Shown one piece after another: positions 47,931-57,108 of a stretch of 64,000 nucleotides of DNA; position 1 is the stretch's first letter; the number at the start of each line of letters is the position of its first letter. The notes beneath the pieces are model-generated. The model did not search any database. It was not told where the DNA came from and was given only the letters and a program-made list of their open reading frames with translations. Origin of the DNA: an uncultured Nitrospiraceae bacterium (GTDB lineage Bacteria > Nitrospirota > Nitrospiria > Nitrospirales > Nitrospiraceae); contig CAVSTP010000003.1 of NCBI GenBank assembly GCA_963730935.1, positions 823,270-887,269 of the forward strand. The letters run 5' to 3'. Position numbers and translations under genes: made by a program.

Positions 47931-49205
47931 TTAGTTCTCCACGCACCGAAATCCGGCATAGACGTACGGGAAGTTGGGCCGGAACCAATTGCGAAACGAT
48001 CGGCGCAGCAATCTGGCATCCGTCCGAGCGGATGCACCCTTGAGCACATAATGGTCGCCATCAAAGAAACGAGCCGAGTAGCCGGGATAGAATGAGAAGG
48101 GTTGGAATCCGGGAAACGGCTGGAAGGCCGTCGACGTCCACTCCCATCCATTGCCGACCAGTTGGGAAATTCCGAATGCGCTGTCTCCAAGCGGAGTCGC
48201 CGTCACCGCAATAGGATCCCATCGGTTCCCGCCGAAATTCCCCCGCTTGCTATCCGGCGGGTCATCGCCCCATGGATAGGCTCGTTCTTCTTCACCATGC
48301 ACCGTTCCGTACGCCGCTCGATGAAACTCGCCTTCGGTCGGCAATCGCTTGCCGGCCCAGGCTGCAAAGGCGGACGCCTCTTCGTGGGTGACGTAGACCG
48401 GCCAATCCAACGGCAGCGGAACCTCTTCCCACATGCCTCGCCAGTACCACCGGCCTTCGTGCCACTTCCAGAAGTGCGGCGGTTTGGCGCCGGCGCGAAC
48501 GAATTGGAAATACTCTCCATTCGTGACTTTGTACTTGCTCATGGCAAACGAAGCCACAGAAACCTCATGACTCTCGAATTCGTTGTCCCATCCAAATTGA
48601 GTGTTGCCATAGCGATCCTTACGCGGTTGACCGAGGGTGACCGTGCCGCCGGGAATTTCAAGCATCACTTGAATGGGAGATGCGCTCTGTGAAATCGGCG
48701 CTACCGACGGGATATTCTTTTGGTCCATCGAAAGGGCATGGAGGAGATAGGCAAAGGTCTCGGCGTGCATCAGCCGATGCTCCAGTGCAGTGGAGAGCAT
48801 CTGTTCCGGTATCTGGCTCGAGACATCATCTAGGGTCTCCCGAACGCGACGGTTGTATTGTTGGACCTCTGCGATCTCCGGCCAATCTGAGCGCTCGTCC
48901 TGTTGGGTTTGTCCTGCCTTCGGATCAATCCCGAACGCAAAGAGGTGGTCGAATTCCGGATAGAATGATGGGACCCCTGCCGCTTGGCCGAGAAGATTCC
49001 AGTCAAAGGCTTCGAGATGACCGAAGTAGAAAATGATCCGATGGCGCTCAGGAACGGGTCGTTCATAAAAGGCCTCGAGCCGCACCAAGCCGAATAAGAC
49101 ATCGGTGTCTGCACGAGCGTGAGTCAGCATCTGCGTGAGACGAGTTGTCGTGGCCGTCTTTGCGATCATCGACGTGCAGCAAAGAGATGTTTCTTGGTTT
49201 CGCAT
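47931..49205 (-). CDS. egtB: Non-heme iron sulfoxide synthase (EgtB/OvoA family; DinB + FGE domains)
   Basis: 'IFYFGH', HxxxH 'EHRLMHAET', 'FGWDNE', 'GNGWEWT', 'SFRNWF', 'GFRC'. Confidence 0.88.
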   Translation of the reverse strand: MRNQETSLCCTSMIAKTATTTRLTQMLTHARADTDVLFGLVRLEAFYERPVPERHRIIFYFGHLEAFDWNLLGQAAGVPSFYPEFDHLFAFGIDPKAGQTQQDERSDWPEIAEVQQYNRRVRETLDDVSSQIPEQMLSTALEHRLMHAETFAYLLHALSMDQKNIPSVAPISQSASPIQVMLEIPGGTVTLGQPRKDRYGNTQFGWDNEFESHEVSVASFAMSKYKVTNGEYFQFVRAGAKPPHFWKWHEGRWYWRGMWEEVPLPLDWPVYVTHEEASAFAAWAGKRLPTEGEFHRAAYGTVHGEEERAYPWGDDPPDSKRGNFGGNRWDPIAVTATPLGDSAFGISQLVGNGWEWTSTAFQPFPGFQPFSFYPGYSARFFDGDHYVLKGASARTDARLLRRSFRNWFRPNFPYVYAGFRCVEN

Positions 49206-49380
49206 CTTACCTGAGCTGCCTTTCAGCCAAGAACTGTCAAAAGTGACAGGCTACCGTGTTCATGGATATCACTAGGGATATACCTAGTGTGCCATGCCAG
49301 GTTGGTCTTGTATTCTCGTCCCCCCTTAGCTAAGTAGAACCACCTTACCAACTCGGCATTCTCAACACAGGAGGGGAGCG

Positions 49381-50079
49381 ATGAGTACCACGGAAGTCCG
49401 TAGTGACAACGCGACCAGCAATGCGATCGCCGCGAAGGTGGACATGAAGTTCGAAATCGTCGTAATCCCCGTCTCGGATGTCGACCGCGCCAAAGAGTTC
49501 TACGGTGCGAAGCTTGGGTGGCGCCTCGACGCCGACTACGACAACGGTAAAGACTTCCGCGTGATCCAGTTTACTCCGCCCGGCTCCGGGTGCTCGGTGA
49601 TCTTCGGCACGAACGTCACCGCAGCGGCACCCGGCTCTGCCCAGGGTCTGTACCTGATCGTCTCCGACATCGAGGCCGTCCGCAAAGAGCTGCTTGGTCG
49701 CGGCATCCAGATCACCCAGGTCTTTCACGACGCCGGCGGTGTGTACGCTGGCACGGACGAACCGTACCTGTTTGGGCGTCTCCGCGTCAGCGGTCCGGAT
49801 CCCGAGCATCGCAGCTACCGCTCGTTCGCCTCGTTCCATGATCCGGACGGCAACGGCTGGCTGTTTCAGGAGATTACAACTCGGCTGCCCGGTCGCATCG
49901 ACTCGGCGGCGACGACCTTTGCATCGGCAAGCGATCTGGCGAGCGCGTTTCGGCGTGCAGAAGCTGCCCACGGAGAGTACGAAAAGCGCGTTCTCCATGG
50001 GCAGCGCGACGAGAATTGGCCCGAATGGTACGCCGCATACATGGTGGCGGAGCAGGCTGGGACAGAGCTGCCGACGTAA
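49381..50079 (+). CDS. VOC/glyoxalase family protein
   Basis: 'PVSDVDRAKEFY', 'FHDPDGNGWLFQE'. Confidence 0.9.
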   Translation: MSTTEVRSDNATSNAIAAKVDMKFEIVVIPVSDVDRAKEFYGAKLGWRLDADYDNGKDFRVIQFTPPGSGCSVIFGTNVTAAAPGSAQGLYLIVSDIEAVRKELLGRGIQITQVFHDAGGVYAGTDEPYLFGRLRVSGPDPEHRSYRSFASFHDPDGNGWLFQEITTRLPGRIDSAATTFASASDLASAFRRAEAAHGEYEKRVLHGQRDENWPEWYAAYMVAEQAGTELPT

Positions 50080-50156
50080 GCGACTACGACGTGATCGTCA
50101 TCGGCGGCATGCCCGGCGAACACTGCGCCGGCGCGTCTGCCGAAGGTGGCCTGCGA
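50076..50156 (+). pseudogene. N-terminal remnant of an FAD-dependent oxidoreductase
   Basis: SDYDVIVIGG-MPGEHCAGASAEGGLR is a Rossmann dinucleotide-binding start with no valid start codon and no continuation. Confidence 0.6.
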
Positions 50157-50178
50157 TCTTCCTTGAAGGAGGTACCTC

Positions 50179-51561
50179 GTGTCGCGGCATTTCGATGCCA
50201 TCATCATCGGGACCGGCCAGGCAGGCCCGGCTTTGGCTGCGCGGTTGGCGGCCGCGGGCATGACAGTCGCCATTATTGAACGTCACAAGTTTGGTGGCAC
50301 CTGTGTAAATACGGGATGTATCCCGACCAAGACGCTCGTTGCCAGCGCGTACGCAGCCCATGCTGCACGCCGGGGCGCCGAATATGGTTTTGCTGTGAAT
50401 GGCGATGTGCGCGTCGATATGAAACGCGTGAAAGCACGCAAGGATGAAGTCTCCGGACGGTCGAACAAGGGCGTGGAGGAATGGTTGCGAGGACTCACAA
50501 ACTGTACGGTGATCCAAGGCCATGCCCGCTTTCAGACGTCCCACACTGTCGTGGTCAACGATGAAGTCCTGCAAGCCGACAAAGTGTTCATCAACGTTGG
50601 AGGACGCGCCTCTGTTCCCGCGATGCCGGGGATTCAGGATGTCCCATTTCTCACAAACTCATCGATGATGGATGTCGACTTCTTACCGGAGCATCTCGTC
50701 ATCGTCGGCGGAAGCTATATCGGATTGGAATTCGGTCAGATGTATCGCCGCTTCGGGAGCGAAGTCACGATCGTCGAGATGGGATCGCGCCTGATTGGGC
50801 GTGAAGACGAAGATCTTTCCGAAGGTGTGCGGCAAATTTTGGAGGCAGAGGGCATACAGATTCGGTTGAACGCGAAATGCATATCATTCGCAAAGCGCGA
50901 CGGTCGTATCGGCGTCGGAACCCAATGCAACGAAGGCGGCGCTCCGGAGGTATTAGGCACGCATGTTCTTCTCGCGGTGGGCCGCACTCCCAACACGAAC
51001 GACTTGGGGCTCGACCGGGCCGGGGTTGCGACCGACGAACGCGGCTACATTGTCGTTGACGATCAACTGCAAACGAACGTGCCCGGCATCTGGGCCCTCG
51101 GTGACTGCAATGGGCGCGGCGCCTTTACGCATACGTCTTACAACGATTACGAGATCGTTGCGGACAATCTCATGAACGGAGACCACCGTCGCGTGTCAGA
51201 CCGAATCCAGACGTATGCGTTGTACACAGATCCGCCGCTCGGCCGATGCGGCATGACGGACGCCGAAATACGGAAGTCTGGGCGTGCTGCACTCGTGGCG
51301 AAGCATCCGATGAGTAGGGTAGGTCGGGCTGTTGAGAAGGGAGAAACTCAAGGTTTCATCAAAATCTCTGTTGATGCGGAAACAAAGCACATTCTGGGTG
51401 CCGCGATTCTTGGGACCGGAGGCGATGAAGTGGTTCACGTGTTGCTGGACGTCATGTATGCGAGGGCGCCGTATACGGTCGTACAGCGCGCAATGCATAT
51501 TCATCCGACAGTTGCAGAATTTCTCCCCACCGTCTTGTCCAAACTGGAACCCGTCTCGTAG
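50179..51561 (+). CDS. Pyridine nucleotide-disulfide oxidoreductase (MerA/RclA-like, no C-terminal Cys pair)
   Basis: 'IGTGQAG', 'GGTCVNTGCIP', 'GGSYIGLE', 'HIHPT'. Confidence 0.92.
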   Translation: MSRHFDAIIIGTGQAGPALAARLAAAGMTVAIIERHKFGGTCVNTGCIPTKTLVASAYAAHAARRGAEYGFAVNGDVRVDMKRVKARKDEVSGRSNKGVEEWLRGLTNCTVIQGHARFQTSHTVVVNDEVLQADKVFINVGGRASVPAMPGIQDVPFLTNSSMMDVDFLPEHLVIVGGSYIGLEFGQMYRRFGSEVTIVEMGSRLIGREDEDLSEGVRQILEAEGIQIRLNAKCISFAKRDGRIGVGTQCNEGGAPEVLGTHVLLAVGRTPNTNDLGLDRAGVATDERGYIVVDDQLQTNVPGIWALGDCNGRGAFTHTSYNDYEIVADNLMNGDHRRVSDRIQTYALYTDPPLGRCGMTDAEIRKSGRAALVAKHPMSRVGRAVEKGETQGFIKISVDAETKHILGAAILGTGGDEVVHVLLDVMYARAPYTVVQRAMHIHPTVAEFLPTVLSKLEPVS

Positions 51562-52323
51562 GAGCCAGCAAATTGGGATAATTGCTCTTCCGCTGGTGAT
51601 GAAGTGACGTTACAACCGAGGGCAGGTGTTGTCATGATGCTGGGGACGAGCGCTCAGCTTTATCGGTTGATCATCGGGCCGTTCCATGATTCTCGCCTGC
51701 TACCACGCTGCTACTAGGACAGGACACACCAGCCCCATCTCCCCCCACTTCGAGGTCAGCCTGGTTTGTTGTTTCTTGTGGCTTGAGGTTGGCTGAAGTT
51801 GGATTCTCGGAATTTCGTAAACCGCAGGTCAGTTGGAACCGTGACCTAACCTGGGACTTGTGGATTTACGCCCTCTCCCGGTCGGGTGCCACCAGTGATG
51901 TTGTATTGGAGTCTGCCTGTGGAAAGCGTGGCCGGTGAGCTGACTCGTGTATTAAGTCCCGACGTCGTGATGGGTGTTTGGGCAGATGAGCTGAGGCAAG
52001 CGAATAAAAAACGAGCGAGAAACCATACGTGAGGAAGGGAATTAGACGTTGACTGCTCGATGATCTCGAATGAGGCGCATGCCTGGTCCTTGATAGAACC
52101 GTGGGGAGTTCAATTTTAGGAGTGCGTTGTCAGTGAAGCAATAGGGCGGAATGGGGTGATCAAATACGTGTAATTAGTGGATCAGAACTACGGATATAAA
52201 TCTCCGCCTTTCGCGAGCGAATTGCAGATTCGCAGACCGTGTGTAACGCGGCTGACTAGGGCGGGCTTGTTTGCCTAAGTGGTATGTTGCTGCATCACAA
52301 GGAAGGGTTTATGATCAGAAAGA

Positions 52324-52701
52324 ATGTTAGAAACTAAGGTTAATCCTATCCGAATTATCCTTGTCGACGATCACCCCTCATTTCGACAAGGTTTACGATC
52401 CGTGCTTGACTCATATGCGGACATTGATGTCGTCGGCGAAGCCGAGAACGGTGAGGAAGTGGTCCATTCAATGCCCTATATTCGTCCTTCAGCCATTGTC
52501 ATGGACATAAGCATGCCAAAGCTGAACGGCATTGAGGCTACCCGTACAATCAAGGCTAATTATCCTAATGTGGTGATCGTGGGGTTATCTGTCCATGCGG
52601 ACGATTTTTATCAAACCGCCATGGTCGCAGCCGGTGCTAAAAGCGTCGTGTCCAAAGAGATGGCGGGTCTATATCTGTATCGGCAGATCAAGTCTGGGTA
52701 G
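52324..52701 (+). CDS. Stand-alone response regulator receiver
   Basis: 'ILVDDH', 'MDISMPKLNG'. Confidence 0.88.
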   Translation: MLETKVNPIRIILVDDHPSFRQGLRSVLDSYADIDVVGEAENGEEVVHSMPYIRPSAIVMDISMPKLNGIEATRTIKANYPNVVIVGLSVHADDFYQTAMVAAGAKSVVSKEMAGLYLYRQIKSG

Positions 52702-52820
52702 AGAGTTTACCGTCAGTGGCCAACGCTGCCTAAAGTAGTCATGCTTCATTTTTTCATTTTGTCTTAGCCACGTCGAGTCCCGGTCGCCCCCCCGCGGCGC
52801 GCCTTCCGGTGGGCGAACAT

Positions 52821-53462
52821 CTCCGCCCTACTGTGACAGCCCGATCTCTCCTGGGCATGCGCTCGCTTCTCTTTACATGCCCACGTGCTTCTTCAAAATC
52901 TCTGAATCCTTGATGGCCGGATCGTTCGGGGCAAGCGCCAATGCTTTCTTGAATGAGGCCGTGGCATCTTCATGTTTGCCCATTTTGTCCAAGGTCAGTG
53001 CCACATTATAGTGCACGACCGCGGAATTGGGATCGGCCTTGACCGCCTTTTGATAGTGCTCCATTGCAACATCCCAATGACCTTGCTGGAAGTGGCCTAT
53101 CCCCTCTTCATTTTCTATCCGGGCAGCCGAGCTAGCGAGGGCGACCAGGGGAGCATCAGTTGCCTTTCCAGATTGTTTCGATCCATAGCCGGTCTGGCCC
53201 GAATCGCATCCGATGGCGATGCTGAGGATTATGAAGCCAAAAGCGTGGAATAGAGAGGCGCGTGTCATGGCATCCTCCTTGTTAAAAGTCACTGACTCAC
53301 GAGGATTGAGTGTAATGCAGAGAGATGTATGAAGGCTATTCGGTGACCGTCACATCTCGAACAGGGGATATCCCGAGGGGAGGGCAGACAGCATAGCAGC
53401 GACAGCAACTATCGAACGAATGCCAACGTGCCGAGTAGCCATAAGCGTGTTCATGACCTATG
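52821..53462. repeat. 642-bp direct repeat, copy 2
   Basis: Matches 25332-25973. Confidence 0.95.
52873..53268 (-). CDS. TPR lipoprotein, copy 2
   Basis: Protein identical to 25384-25779. Confidence 0.88.
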   Translation of the reverse strand: MTRASLFHAFGFIILSIAIGCDSGQTGYGSKQSGKATDAPLVALASSAARIENEEGIGHFQQGHWDVAMEHYQKAVKADPNSAVVHYNVALTLDKMGKHEDATASFKKALALAPNDPAIKDSEILKKHVGM

Positions 53463-53529
53463 GGGAGGGCCACCCTTGCGCCTGGAGAGAAGACCCAAGA
53501 GCAGGAGAGTTATAAGCTGCGGAAAGATT

Positions 53530-53583
53530 TGGTGGCGGTGACCCGGATCGAACGGGTGACCCGCGGCTTATGAGTCCGCTGCT
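53530..53583 (-). mobile_element. tRNA-Met(CAT) 3' fragment, att-site duplication
   Basis: Minus strand AGCAGCGGA-CTCATAA-GCCGCGGGTC-ACCCG-TTCGATC-CGGGT-CACCGCC-ACCA. The 5' acceptor and D arm are absent. Confidence 0.85.
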
Positions 53584-54334
53584 AAGGGTTGCTCAAGTCC
53601 TTGATGATTGGGCAACCCCGTTTCCATTCCTGGAGTCTCGCCACATTTCCATTCAGTCCACTTCACTGCACTTCGCCTCGTTTCACCCTCGATTGTCGCA
53701 ATTGCTAACACCCTAATAACACCTGCCCCCCCACGTGGGTTTCTACCCCCGGCGCCTTGATGGGCAGGGACTCTTTTAAGGAATGCACCCCGATACAAAA
53801 AACGATGTCGCATCGAAGTTGGAATTTGGTAGTCCGTAGGGTCAAACCTACGGTCGGCTGATTAAGAGTCCCGTCGACAACCTGCTCTGCACGGCCTACG
53901 ACGCTAAGCAACGTGTTCCCGACGTATCTATTACGATAAGTCGTATCCATTTCAATACTCCGTCCTGCGCTTCTTCAGCGACTCTTGCGGTACCGTGTGT
54001 GTCCCTCATCGGCTACACCAATTTCAAAGCCTTGATATGGCTAGGCTCTCCGTTTCTTTTTCATTGAAAGTATTTCACCTATCTGAGTGGTACAGCAGTT
54101 GCTTAATTGCCTTTCAGCACGGCAATGGAAATAAGGCCATGAGAAATATCTTCGATTATCTGCTCGTCCTGACAGTGCGATTAGGCGCAGGGTCTGCGCT
54201 CGTGATGTTGAAGAATCTCTGGCCCTAGGACAGAGCGTGAAATAGATTCAGGCTTCTCCGAAGGAGGTTGCGATGAAACAGGTTATGGCCTTTACACAGC
54301 TATTCAATTCCCACAGGCTGGTTTTGGATCTAGA

Positions 54335-54772
54335 TCAATAAAAGCACTCCTGCATCGGTCCGCGCACACACCAGGCAAAGTAGGGCATGTAGACATTAGT
54401 CGTAGTCTCCACATTGCTGTTGGCGAAGTTCACAACCCACACCGCCTGGACAGGAATGGAAAATACCGTGGCCGTCCAATAGGGTTGCGCCTGGATCGTG
54501 AAGATATTGGATGGGACAAAGGGTGCTGATAGGGAGGGATCCTGCACGCTCTTCAGTTCGATCAGGGAGGGCAGTCGCCATCCAACAACGCCGCCGATAA
54601 TCTTGTTAGCACAATAGCGGGCCGCGCTTTTCATATCCATCTCATGAGTCTCGGGAGATCGTTCCCACACGAGACCGGTGTTGTTGTCTCGTACCGCTTC
54701 GTTGTTGAATTCCGGGAGTATAGTAAAGCGGGATGCACTAGGCAGATTCTTGTCCCAGTTGTCCGTCGGCAT
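54335..54772 (-). CDS. DUF1566 (Lcl C-terminal-like) protein
   Basis: 'DNNTGLVWE', 'GWRLPS..EL', 'YWTAT', 'WCVRG'. Confidence 0.88.
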   Translation of the reverse strand: MPTDNWDKNLPSASRFTILPEFNNEAVRDNNTGLVWERSPETHEMDMKSAARYCANKIIGGVVGWRLPSLIELKSVQDPSLSAPFVPSNIFTIQAQPYWTATVFSIPVQAVWVVNFANSNVETTTNVYMPYFAWCVRGPMQECFY

Positions 54773-54856
54773 GGTGTCCTCCTGTGTTGAAGCGATCGCA
54801 CTTATCCACATGATGGAAGCTTACCCGACAGTCAGATTACGGGGTAGACGATACAG

Positions 54857-55429
54857 TCAGGGTGGGACAGGATTGGGGTCGCTCCGTAGCCCTCTTTTAG
54901 CTTCTCTAGCCTCTCGTTCGGCTTGCTGGAGGGCAAGATCTGTCTTCCTCGATGTCGTTGGAGGAGACGAACTGGTCGTCGTTGACGGTGCCACCGTCAA
55001 TATCACAGGAATGGCTACGCTCCCTTCTTTATCGACCGTGACTGTGACCGTGGCCCAATATGTCCCTGGTGCTAACCCTGCTACGCTCACCGCGACACGT
55101 GCAGAGTCCTTAATGATCTCTGTCTGAGGAGTTACCGAGACCCACGTCGCATTATCTGATGCGGTCCAGGTGGTTGGTTTATTATTCGTTTTGGAAACGC
55201 TGAGGAACTGGCTAGGTGGATTTATTCCGCCTTGAACGGCTTGAAAGCTCAGGGATGTGGGCCTCGCCGTTAAGGCACATGCGTTGAGACAAGTTGAGAG
55301 ACCGATGCCCAGGGTCAACATAATGCCCACCACCGAGTGAACCGACGTAGGTCGCGCCCTTACCTCTTGATGGCTTGAATCCATACATCCTATATATGTG
55401 CAAAGCCATTCAAATGCCCCTGGCAGCAT
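54857..55429 (-). CDS. BACON/Ig-like domain protein
   Basis: 'PTSLSF', 'WTASDNATWVSVTP', 'GLAPGTY.ATVTV'. Confidence 0.7.
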   Translation of the reverse strand: MLPGAFEWLCTYIGCMDSSHQEVRARPTSVHSVVGIMLTLGIGLSTCLNACALTARPTSLSFQAVQGGINPPSQFLSVSKTNNKPTTWTASDNATWVSVTPQTEIIKDSARVAVSVAGLAPGTYWATVTVTVDKEGSVAIPVILTVAPSTTTSSSPPTTSRKTDLALQQAEREAREAKRGLRSDPNPVPP

Positions 55430-55471
55430 TCCTAGAAGAGGGACGCGCCGAAAGCGGGGGATGAGCAGTCA

Positions 55472-55510
55472 AAAAGGCCCGACTCCGGTGGGTGCGAAGT
55501 CGAGCCTTTA
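55472..55510 (-). terminator. Rho-independent terminator-like hairpin
   Basis: Minus strand aaaggctcgact...agtcgggcc-TTTTT. Confidence 0.5.
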
Positions 55511-55590
55511 CTATCGGACTCGGAGAATCCCGAGGATACATGGATTAGTGGAGAGTGTCGGAAGAAATATGTGACTAGCGAATACCCTAG

Positions 55591-55837
55591 TCATGGTGTC
55601 CGGCTTCTCCCGTCTACCAGGCCCTTGAACGGTTCAATTGTCGCATCCGACATCCCGAGCCTTCGATCATAGTGGCTGATCATGTCGTGAATGCACCAAT
55701 TTCGCGCATCCTCCAACGTCTCAAAGACCGGCCCATCGAGTTGGCTGACGGATACCGAGGAAGCGACCCTCACCGGCCCGAACGACTGGCCGATAGCCAG
55801 TCATGAAGGTTTGCTTGCCTTTATCACCTTTCCCCAT
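55591..55837 (-). pseudogene. Frameshifted copy of hypothetical 63549-63869
   Basis: Same N-terminus MGKGDKGKQTFMTG. One extra base (cagccaactc vs cagccactc) breaks the frame. Confidence 0.6.
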
Positions 55838-55972
55838 CACGCGCGGGGCCTCCTCAAGGACCTTGTGGGCGGGTCCATCCTGCTGCATCCGACGGACGAC
55901 AAGGACGCGCGGTATCTGACGGCGGAATTGGCGGGGGATTATGCGGGGCTGCTGCGGCTGGCGGCGGGACCT
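55624..55972. repeat. ~350-bp direct repeat, copy 1 (copy 2 at 63654-64000)
   Basis: Near-identical 3' half, more diverged 5' part. Confidence 0.9.
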
Positions 55973-55980
55973 AGATTAAA
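55838..55980 (+). pseudogene. C-terminal remnant of a large serine recombinase (probable)
   Basis: ARGLLKDLVGGSILLHPTDDKDARYLTAELAGDYAGLLRLA reads into the tRNA-Met fragment. Confidence 0.5.
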
Positions 55981-56026
55981 TGGTGGCGGTGACCCGGATC
56001 GAACGGGTGACCCGCGGCTTATGAGT
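55981..56026 (-). mobile_element. tRNA-Met(CAT) 3' fragment, att-site duplication
   Basis: 46 bp identical to 53530-53575, breaking at the anticodon loop edge. Confidence 0.85.
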
Positions 56027-56524
56027 TTCGTAGGGAGTACAGCTAAGCCTGCGAAACTGCAGAAACGCTGGGGGATTGAGCGGACAGGAGTAGGCCAAAT
56101 TCGGGCCACCTGTCCGCTTTTCCGCAACCCAGGCGCAACCTGTAGAGATCCTCACACCAGTAATTTCGATTCCTGGACACCCCCCCACAGGCCCGTTTGG
56201 GTCCCATCTCAATGGGTCCCATCCTTCCAGATGGTACCAGGCCAGGGGGCAGGTTCTATCAACCGTACTCTTTTTCGGAACGGCTCAAATCCCTGAGGCC
56301 AAGAAGGGTTCAGAAAGCACAGGAAACGTAGAACTAGTTATTTGCCACTGGCTAAGCGAACCACGGCTGAGATAGACATTTTACCATCTACCATGGGCAA
56401 TGACCGTCCGGTCATTGCCCATTGGAAGAAATTGGAATTGGTTGCACTTCGGTAGCCCCCCATTCCCACCCCTTGTCCTGCTACAAGATTTCAGGGGACC
56501 GGCGAACTAACAAACCGCAGGTCA

Positions 56525-56650
56525 GCGGGGTTACGACTGCTTCTCCTTCGAAGTGGTAGGACTTCTCGCTCTCTCGCACCTCTCGCCACACCCAAATGCG
56601 GCTCGGAAGCACCTTCCGAAGGATCTGCCGCGTCTGTGCGGGGTGGGCCT
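56525..56650 (-). pseudogene. C-terminal remnant of a large serine recombinase (possible)
   Basis: HPAQTRQILRKVLPSRIWVWREVRESEKSYHFEGEAV runs into a tRNA-Thr-like fragment at 56502-56530. Confidence 0.4.
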
Positions 56651-56704
56651 GCCGCGTCGCATCGTAGCCCTTCCTGTTTCCTCTGTGAATCGTGCCCATT
56701 GACA

Positions 56705-56797
56705 TGCTGAATTTTCAGCAAACGCTGAAATTGCGGCCTAGCTCCAAAAACTAAACACCAATATTGTCAACTGATTACGAGTGGCGCTGGAAATGCA
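56705..56797 (+). promoter_or_regulatory. Sigma-54 promoter with upstream activator site
   Basis: TGCTGAA-TT-TTCAGCA (56705-56720) plus a degenerate second site. TGGCGC-N5-ATGCA (GG-N10-GC) at 56782-56797. Confidence 0.6.
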
Positions 56798-56832
56798 CTT
56801 CATCCAGGCATGATACGCCCGACAGGTCGAAC

Positions 56833-57090
56833 ATGACTTTGAAGATCGAAAAGTATTCGGATGGGCATGGCACGACTATTCGACTAGTAGGTTGGATGCG
56901 GGCGGAGCACTTACCCGAGTTGGAGAAGCAGATTAGTGAGGGCGATTCGAAGATCGTGTTGGACTTGGAGGAAGTGAACTTGGTCGACGTTGAGGTTGTT
57001 CGGTTCCTCGGGAGCTGTGAAGTAGCAGGTGTCATGCTCCTCAACTGCTCGCCTTACATACGCAACTGGATCGGCAAAGAACGAGATTAG
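56833..57090 (+). CDS. Small STAS-like protein
   Basis: 'IVLDLEEVNLVDVEVVRFL', 'CSPYIRNWI'. Confidence 0.75.
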   Translation: MTLKIEKYSDGHGTTIRLVGWMRAEHLPELEKQISEGDSKIVLDLEEVNLVDVEVVRFLGSCEVAGVMLLNCSPYIRNWIGKERD

Positions 57091-57108
57091 AGGAATAGGA
57101 GAACAACA

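Noticed and set aside
47927..48190. N-terminal extension of egtD in the ORF track
   Set aside because: It overlaps the egtB C-terminus. An RBS-backed ATG at 47926 gives a normal-length EgtD.
46958..49205. Selenoneine (senABC) or ovothiol cluster
   Set aside because: No SenB glycosyltransferase or SelD homolog. The synthase has no fused methyltransferase, and egtD is adjacent.
50179..51561. Mercuric reductase merA
   Set aside because: No C-terminal Cys-Cys pair, no NmerA domain and no mer operon.
55691..56296. 201-aa ORF as a real gene
   Set aside because: Chimeric: the antisense of a hypothetical gene, a recombinase-like stub and read-through across the tRNA fragment.
30620..56530. CRISPR array or integron attC array from the dispersed repeats
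   Set aside because: Spacing is kilobases and irregular. No cas or intI gene, and no RYYYAAC...GTTRRRY boxes recognised.
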